Part shown: positions 57,583-64,000 of the stretch, piece after piece
How the letters are laid out: every line of letters starts with the position of its first letter
Numbering within the stretch: position 1 is the first letter of the stretch
DNA from: Picochlorum sp. SENEW3
Lineage: Eukaryota
Reading direction: 5' to 3'
DNA: 64,000 nucleotides
Assembly (NCBI GenBank): GCA_034226945.1
Contig: CP120462.1
Location: forward strand, 744,001 to 808,000
The notes under the pieces: generated by a model
The model's database searches: none
What the model was told of the DNA's origin: nothing
Seen by the model: only the letters and a program-made list of their open reading frames with translations
Translations under genes and position numbers: made by a program

Positions 57583-59619
57583 ATGTTGGGTGTTCGAATT
57601 GTAGACAACAACAACAACAATGAGGAGGAGGAGGAGGGTGGCAGTGGAGGAAGGAAAAAGCATCCGAATTCGAGGCATTCAAAGCACGGTGGTTCTTCTG
57701 GAAGACAGGCGGATTCATCTGAGAAAGTAGCTAGAGAGGATTGGATGACGAAACCTATGAAACGGGAAGCGAGGGTGGGAGACAATGCGGGAGGACAGGG
57801 TTCTTCTTCTCCTGAAGGAAGAAAGCAAGCACCAGTTGCTGTTGTGGAGAGTCGACATGTGGATCCAACGAATGTGGTGAAGAAGGATTTCACAGTTGGT
57901 GATGGTGGGGCGAGTTGGAGGATGAAGGCGTTGAAGAGGGCTCAGGTGCAGGCGTCGGTGGAAGGGGCGTCATTGTCAGAGGTGGTGGGTCAGAGGTGGG
58001 GGTCTGTGGCAGAGCTTGCTGGGGGTGCTGGTCATGCAGCGGCTGCTGATGCGCATACTCGATCCACAAGAGATAGAAAAGATATGATGCGAGATGCAGG
58101 AGGCAGGAGAAGGGATCATCATCGTCATCACCGTCATGGTGGTGGTCAAGGAAGGACGATGAAACGGCCCAGAGAAGGGGTGTCATGGAGGCGTGAGGGT
58201 AGTTCGAAAGACAAGGGTTCTCGAGGGGGAGATGGTGAGGATTATGAAGATGTGGTGCAGCGTGCTGCCAAGGATATGAATGCGTTTCAGAATGATGGTG
58301 GATTTCTGGATTCCTTTGCTCGCGGTGCAGAAGAACAGGAGATGCCTGCCGAGGCCTCGTCTCCAGAGAGACGGGTGGATGAGAGAGCTAGAGTCGCGTC
58401 TCTTCCAGAAACATCTCAAGGCCAGAGTAATACGTCTGTAGCTGCCATGTTGCGTGCTCGCCTTGCCGGCAAAGCCCCAAAGAAGGAGCAGAAGGATCAA
58501 ACAAAAGACAGTCATGTTGTTCTCCCAATGGTTGATGCCCAGGGGAGAGCTGCGCCAGGGGCCTTTGGGAGGGAAACTGCAGCGGAGATTGATGGTGGTT
58601 TGAAGCCTCAGAAACGGTTTGATCGATATCAGGATGGGCAAAAGACGCGGTACTTTGCCACGGATGATGCTGTGGATTTGGACACCATGGTGAAACGGAC
58701 AAAGCATGGGATGGAGGACAACATGGATGATGTTATTGCGAGGAATATTGCGAAGAAATCTCATTACAAAGGAAATGAATTTGATCCCGATGATGAGTAT
58801 GATTTCGATGCAGGTGTAGAGTTTTTAGAAACTGGCAAGGCGTCGAAACAGAGCAGGAGACGTGGAGATGCGAGAGAGGAGGCTGCGAGGAAGGAAAAGC
58901 AGAGGCAAGTTCGGGACTACCAAAGACTGTCTCGTGCATTAGACAAATGCAGATTATGCTTTGCATCTCCTTCAAGAAGGAAGCATTTGACAGTGTCAGT
59001 TGCGACCAGCGCGTATTTGGCTCTGCCAGAAAAAGGACGGCTTGTGCCAGGACACTGTTGTGTTGTTCCAATAGAGCATATTCCTTCTGCTCGGCTCGCG
59101 GACGAGACGACATGGGAAGAGATGCGTAACTTTAAAAAATGTGTGTTGCAAATGTTTGCAGACAAGGGCATGGACTGTATATTTTTTGAAACAGTCAGGA
59201 GTGTTGACAGCTCCATGGCACATGCAATGGTTGAATGTGTACCAGTCTCCAGACAGGTTGCTGCCAAGGCACCAATCTATTTCAAAAAGGGCATCGATGA
59301 TGCCACAGAAGAGTGGTCCCAGCATGCTGCAAAGAGATGCATCGAGACAGAATCAAGACATTTACAAAAGAAAATCCCTCCAAACTTTCCATATTTCCAT
59401 GTAGAATTTGGTCTTGCTGCGGGATTTGTGCATGTGATAGACAACCCAAAGGAATTTGACCCTCTATTTGCCAGGCGAATATTAGTCGGACTGTTGGGAC
59501 TGCCTGAGAAGGATATGCATAGTAAGATGTCTAGGGAGGGAGAGGAAATTCAAAAGCAGTGGGTAGAGGAATTTAGCAAGGCATACAGCGCATATGACTG
59601 GGTCCAACAAGCCTCATGA
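57583..59619 (+). CDS. CWF19L2: CWF19-like protein 2 (CwfJ C-terminal domains)
   Basis: VGDGGASWRMKALKRA, CRLCF, GHCCVVPIEH, WEEMRNFKKC, EEWSQH, PYFHVEF, GFVHVID, YDW. Confidence 0.93.
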   Translation: MLGVRIVDNNNNNEEEEEGGSGGRKKHPNSRHSKHGGSSGRQADSSEKVAREDWMTKPMKREARVGDNAGGQGSSSPEGRKQAPVAVVESRHVDPTNVVKKDFTVGDGGASWRMKALKRAQVQASVEGASLSEVVGQRWGSVAELAGGAGHAAAADAHTRSTRDRKDMMRDAGGRRRDHHRHHRHGGGQGRTMKRPREGVSWRREGSSKDKGSRGGDGEDYEDVVQRAAKDMNAFQNDGGFLDSFARGAEEQEMPAEASSPERRVDERARVASLPETSQGQSNTSVAAMLRARLAGKAPKKEQKDQTKDSHVVLPMVDAQGRAAPGAFGRETAAEIDGGLKPQKRFDRYQDGQKTRYFATDDAVDLDTMVKRTKHGMEDNMDDVIARNIAKKSHYKGNEFDPDDEYDFDAGVEFLETGKASKQSRRRGDAREEAARKEKQRQVRDYQRLSRALDKCRLCFASPSRRKHLTVSVATSAYLALPEKGRLVPGHCCVVPIEHIPSARLADETTWEEMRNFKKCVLQMFADKGMDCIFFETVRSVDSSMAHAMVECVPVSRQVAAKAPIYFKKGIDDATEEWSQHAAKRCIETESRHLQKKIPPNFPYFHVEFGLAAGFVHVIDNPKEFDPLFARRILVGLLGLPEKDMHSKMSREGEEIQKQWVEEFSKAYSAYDWVQQAS

Positions 59620-59674
59620 CTACGAATCTAATTCATACAAACGCTACAAATTTACAACACATGTATCCATGTAA

Positions 59675-60493
59675 TCATCGTCCAATGGCCCTGCTAAGTG
59701 TCAACTTGCTCTCAGCAGCCATCTCTGATCCATGTGCGTTCAGAATCCAAGGACCAAGCTCCAAAATGGCCCTTGGCCCCAGACACAGCAAACCTTCCTC
59801 CTTTGGATGCTCTGATAGCCACCCATCACGTTTGAATGCATCCAACGATTTCTCCCTGTCCGTAATACTAAACCCTTGGACCTCTTTCAACTGCTGCTGA
59901 CTCCCTTCTCCCTGATTCTCCTCATCAGGAACATAGATTGGTGCATAATATGCATCCTGGCTTGTAATATAGCCAATACCATCCACAGGATCTTCACAGA
60001 TGGAAATCTTTTCCACTAGACTCTTGAAATATGCTGCCATCTTCACATCAGGTTTGCCATCTTTTGTCCTGTATCCAGTGGACTTTTTGCTCATCTCGTC
60101 TGCTTCTCTATTCACAAATCCAACATACACTTTTTCATCCTGCACTCACGAGAAAACGCGACCAGTCATTGAAACAATATCCTCTCATCCCGATACACAT
60201 CCATATGCACGCACAAATCCCTTGATCTTTCTGACTTCAAATCCGAATGCAGACAGCTCCAGATTAATCTCAGAAATAACATGCGCAACTCCCAAACCTG
60301 CACTACCATCCACGAATGACTCGCTGATCGCTCATAACATATTTATGAAAACCATACCTTGTTTTCCACCGTACAGGCTTTGTAATAGGTCTTCAGCCTC
60401 TTTGATAGGCACGAACGACCTTTTCATGAGAGTTTGTAAGAACACGTGACGATGCACCGTCCCAACGTCAACAATCGGCTGTGTCATATTCAT
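59675..60493 (-). CDS. NSE1: SMC5/6 subunit NSE1 (winged-helix part), 3 exons
   Basis: HRHVFLQTLMKR, ISEINLEL..FGFEVR, YVGFVNREADEMSK, AYFKSLVEKI, LDAFKRDGWL, LGPRAILEL. Confidence 0.8.
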
Positions 60494-60661
60494 TCAATTC
60501 ACTATCGATAAAATGTATGAATTAATGGCAATATGTGTATTGAAACGCATCATTCAGGATATTCATGAATTCAAACGATTCAAATCTACCGAGTCCAACA
60601 CCCATCGGTGGCCACCTCTGACCGATGGATCGCGATCGACATACATACACATGTTTGCTCT

Positions 60662-61357
60662 TTATCCCCACCCTGGAAGTGGTGCCTCCTCCTCTTCCTT
60701 CTTCTTCTTCTTCTTCTTCTCCTCCTCTTGATGATGATGGTATGCTGTGTATTTGAACTTTCCAGACACAAACTCCCGCACAATCCTCTGAATATCCTTG
60801 GGCATTGGTTTCAACCCCTGGCAAAAGTACTCTAGCACCTCATCATGAATTGCATTATCAATCTCTTCCACATGACCTGCTTCCACCCCACCACCCGACG
60901 TATTAGATGAACTGCTCGTCTGCTTTGCTACTGGCACAACAAGTACATTTCCGTACACAAGCGTATGCTTTCCTGTTGACACATCAGTCGTCAACCGACT
61001 GGCCCTTGCATTCTTCACTCCCCCAGAGCCTCCAGACGACGTCGACGCATTGCATAAAACTGCCATTGGAGTACCCACTAGTCTAGAAAACTGACAATCT
61101 ATCGCAACAATCTCGTCCTGTGGAAAAGAATGCCCATTCTGGCAGTGATCTATGAAGAGTTGTCTGCACCCACAATTAGATACACACTATAGCTTGTCAG
61201 GAAAACCGTACACTCTGCCATCAGCATCAGTGGAAACGTACCTGTAATCGTCTGATAAATGTGTGTAGTCTGAATCCAGAGCATGCGTAATCGTTGTGTT
61301 TGGTAGTGTTTCTGGTCGAGCATGGATTGCATGCCGCAAGAGGACACAATGTGGCAT
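60662..61357 (-). CDS. Hypothetical protein, 2 exons
   Basis: ATG 61357 (MPHCVLLRH), donor near 61241, acceptor near 61165 joining to KNARASRLTTD...VYGNVLVV. Confidence 0.5.
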
Positions 61358-61643
61358 GAAGGCTGCTTGCAGTGGATTCTGTTCGATTTTTATAGATTTG
61401 GTTTGTTTAGTTCAGCAAGTACTAAAGACTAGAATGGCGACATTTTCGCATCTCAAGTATTCAACCTGTGGCATCTTGTTCAGAGAGATGGGATCTCTTC
61501 ATGGAGAGATCTGCACTTGAACTTTTTTAAATGATGAGACAGTGTGCATACGCAGGATGTGCAACCTTTGAAGTAAAAAAGATACTGTTGGGTCATCGGA
61601 TTGGATCGGCAAGCTTGGTTGCGTTGCTGGACACACAAGGGAC

Positions 61644-63314
61644 ATGGCGGTAAGGGCTTCCTTGGTCCCTACAGGACCAAGGATGTCGATGCGGCAGCCA
61701 TTGATTGTTGAAACATGCACTTATAAAATTCTGAGATGTATGAGGCGTCCTGAATACGCCCATGGTTCACTTGGGGTTTCGTCTCTTGGGTGGACTGCCC
61801 TAAAGAGAAGACAGACTAGGAGGAGAAGGATGTTTGTATTACCGACAGAATTACCATGTATTGGGTGTGACATGCGGTTGAACAATATAATAGCTGTATT
61901 GAGTGGGGCGAGTGTGCTGTTCTTTGCATCCAGATCTGGGATTATGGATGAAAATTTCTTTGCATCTATTGGGTGGGGAAACACTGAAGACGACAAGGAA
62001 GAGGAGGAGACGGAATCTGCGTATACTAGAAATCCAGAGGCCAATAGAAGGGCATCTTTGTCCAGTGTGGAGGATGTGTGGGAGGAAGCGTGGAGACCGC
62101 TTCGTGAGCCACAGGATGATGCATCTCCATCTAGCAAAGATGACACGGTGGATGAAAAAAAGCCCCGTGTATGGGTAGATGCTGTTGCTGATGAAGAAGT
62201 CCATGCTCTATTACATATTAGTATGTCGTATATTGAGGAGCATGTTCGAGGGATTGGGAGTTTGGATGTAGGGATGAATGGTGGCAAGGAGATGATGATT
62301 GAGGGACTGCTGTGGAGGGCTGCCAAGGCATCTGCATCCATGTGGCTTGGGTATGTTCCAAGCATACTGCAGTCTATGAGTGCTTTGAAAAGAGCTAGAG
62401 AAGATGGAGGGTACCAAATTATTCGCGTCGATACAAAAGTGGCCATGTATTATTCCGTGTTGAGGCTGATGACATCAACTGGGCTTGATAGCTCTCGGGA
62501 AACAAATCAGTCTGCTGCTGAACTTCAGGATGTTGGCCAAGCAGGTCTGATAGAATCGTCGCTTTCACTGCGCTCATGGCAGTTGACTCCGAAGCAGAAC
62601 ACGATGGAAGATGCGGTAACGCAACAGCTGCAAAGGAAGACTCCTTCTGTTGTTGGGAGTGAATTGCTTTCTGTGGCACCGACTGTTCTGCAAGATATGG
62701 CAGTCACCGTTGCTGATATCGTTTGTGCCGCGTATATCAATGATGTCGTGAAAGGATCTCCATCATGTATTCCAAGTTCGTCATACTCGTCGAAGGATGA
62801 CGATAAAGAAACAAACCAGTACCCAGTTCTATTGGAAATGTCATTATGGCCATCATTGTTACACAGCAGAATGACATCCACGCGGGACATTCAAAATTTT
62901 ACAAACTCTTTATACTTTCATAGATTTCTAGATGAATATATATACCAGATTGCTGCGATATATGAGGATAGATTACCGGTATACATGCTGCAGGTTGGAG
63001 ATGATGCATTGGCAACAATACACAGTACTAATATTCAGATGAGAAGGGCTACCGAATTAGCGCAATTGACCGGTGTGAAATACGCGATAAGTTTAGTCAT
63101 TGAAGCTCTTGATTTTATCCGACCCATGATGGACAAGGCCTTGGTATGGGTAAAATCAGCCGTTGTATGGATTCTCAGGAACATTATTGGCAACGCCATT
63201 GGTCTGGTGCTTGAAGGAATGCAACAGTCCTCGCTTACAAAGAAGAATGCACGTGCAAAGAAAAAGAGTAGGTCTTCAAATAAAACTGATATGAACATTA
63301 TAAAACCCGCCTGA
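61644..63314 (+). CDS. DUF3685/Ycf55-like plastid protein
   Basis: STRDIQNFTN, AIYEDR, RRATELAQLTG, IIGNAIGLVLEGMQQS resemble cyanobacterial DUF3685. Confidence 0.75.
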   Translation: MAVRASLVPTGPRMSMRQPLIVETCTYKILRCMRRPEYAHGSLGVSSLGWTALKRRQTRRRRMFVLPTELPCIGCDMRLNNIIAVLSGASVLFFASRSGIMDENFFASIGWGNTEDDKEEEETESAYTRNPEANRRASLSSVEDVWEEAWRPLREPQDDASPSSKDDTVDEKKPRVWVDAVADEEVHALLHISMSYIEEHVRGIGSLDVGMNGGKEMMIEGLLWRAAKASASMWLGYVPSILQSMSALKRAREDGGYQIIRVDTKVAMYYSVLRLMTSTGLDSSRETNQSAAELQDVGQAGLIESSLSLRSWQLTPKQNTMEDAVTQQLQRKTPSVVGSELLSVAPTVLQDMAVTVADIVCAAYINDVVKGSPSCIPSSSYSSKDDDKETNQYPVLLEMSLWPSLLHSRMTSTRDIQNFTNSLYFHRFLDEYIYQIAAIYEDRLPVYMLQVGDDALATIHSTNIQMRRATELAQLTGVKYAISLVIEALDFIRPMMDKALVWVKSAVVWILRNIIGNAIGLVLEGMQQSSLTKKNARAKKKSRSSNKTDMNIIKPA

Positions 63315-63360
63315 AGCGTGTTGGATTATTTAATACTGAATACTACTATGTGATTCATCA

Positions 63361-64000
63361 TCATCTGGACGAATACCTCAACACTGCCTCTTCAAAAGCT
63401 GCAGAGGCAGATGATAAAAGCCTTTCATTGAAATTATGTTGCATTCGTGGAAGGGGCAAATCGTTCGGTGGAAAGATGAACGGAGACTCCAAATCGCGTG
63501 CCACCTCATTAAGAGTCCAAAACGTAACCACTGATAAAAGGTCCAACGTCACAGCCAACCACACAGACTCAACCCAGGCAACCATCAGTATAGGAGACGT
63601 CAGCGTATAAATAAGCAAGAAAACCACCATTGCTTGCGCCCATGGAAAAGGAAAGGGCGTGTCAACGAGAGCACGGCATTGTTCAAATGCCTCAAATCCT
63701 TCTGAAAGCGCTCTCCAGACTGCCATTCCTGTTGGAGGAGCAATTGCCTTCCACCCATACTCCTGATCGCTTCGCTGAGAAAGCATCGTCTGGACCCAGG
63801 AAAATGCAGTGTACACTCGCTCCTGAGCACCTATCACGTACATGCCCGTCTGTTGCTGAAACACCCTTCCAATAAGAGAGACTGGCTTGGCAAGTCGAGG
63901 AGACTTTGGCTCGTCTGAATTTGCAATCGAGGCACGAGGACTTTCACCTGCGACCACCCCATTATCCATCGAGGCTAATTCAGATCCCACTTCACTCTCA
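63361..64000 (-). CDS. Bestrophin-like anion channel, 3' part (5' end outside the window)
   Basis: DTPFPFPWAQ, two TM helices, LNEVARDLESPF..PNDLPL. Confidence 0.8.
   Translation of the reverse strand, partial: ESEVGSELASMDNGVVAGESPRASIANSDEPKSPRLAKPVSLIGRVFQQQTGMYVIGAQERVYTAFSWVQTMLSQRSDQEYGWKAIAPPTGMAVWRALSEGFEAFEQCRALVDTPFPFPWAQAMVVFLLIYTLTSPILMVAWVESVWLAVTLDLLSVVTFWTLNEVARDLESPFIFPPNDLPLPRMQHNFNERLLSSASAAFEEAVLRYSSR

Overview
Gene-dense eukaryotic nuclear DNA: about 39 protein-coding genes, short GT-AG introns, tiny intergenic gaps and TGTAA poly(A) signals. Gene content (CGLD27/Ycf36, D27, DUF3685/Ycf55, plastid-type asd, CRTISO-like) points to a compact chlorophyte genome; a Picochlorum-like trebouxiophyte is my inference. 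Most genes are housekeeping: MPC, CNNM, sphingosine kinase, HDAC, SURF1, NOC4, Rab-GDI, BRCA1/BARD1-like, sirtuin, CSN1, CWF19L2, NSE1. The most unusual content: (1) three modular secreted proteins joined by Ser-Pro linkers (GH18 chitinase, a bacterial-type DUF285/BspA repeat protein with a 75-bp constant/variable repeat array, and a PAN-GH9 glucanase), two of which appear to share an unnamed Cys/Trp domain; (2) stand-alone helicase-associated (HA)-like proteins; (3) an NSE1 apparently lacking its RING; (4) a BRCA1/BARD1-like protein with an NZF finger; (5) a candidate structured ncRNA at 25338-25537. I recognised no tRNA, rRNA, CRISPR array or intact transposon. Exon boundaries were read by eye and family calls come from remembered motifs, not database searches.
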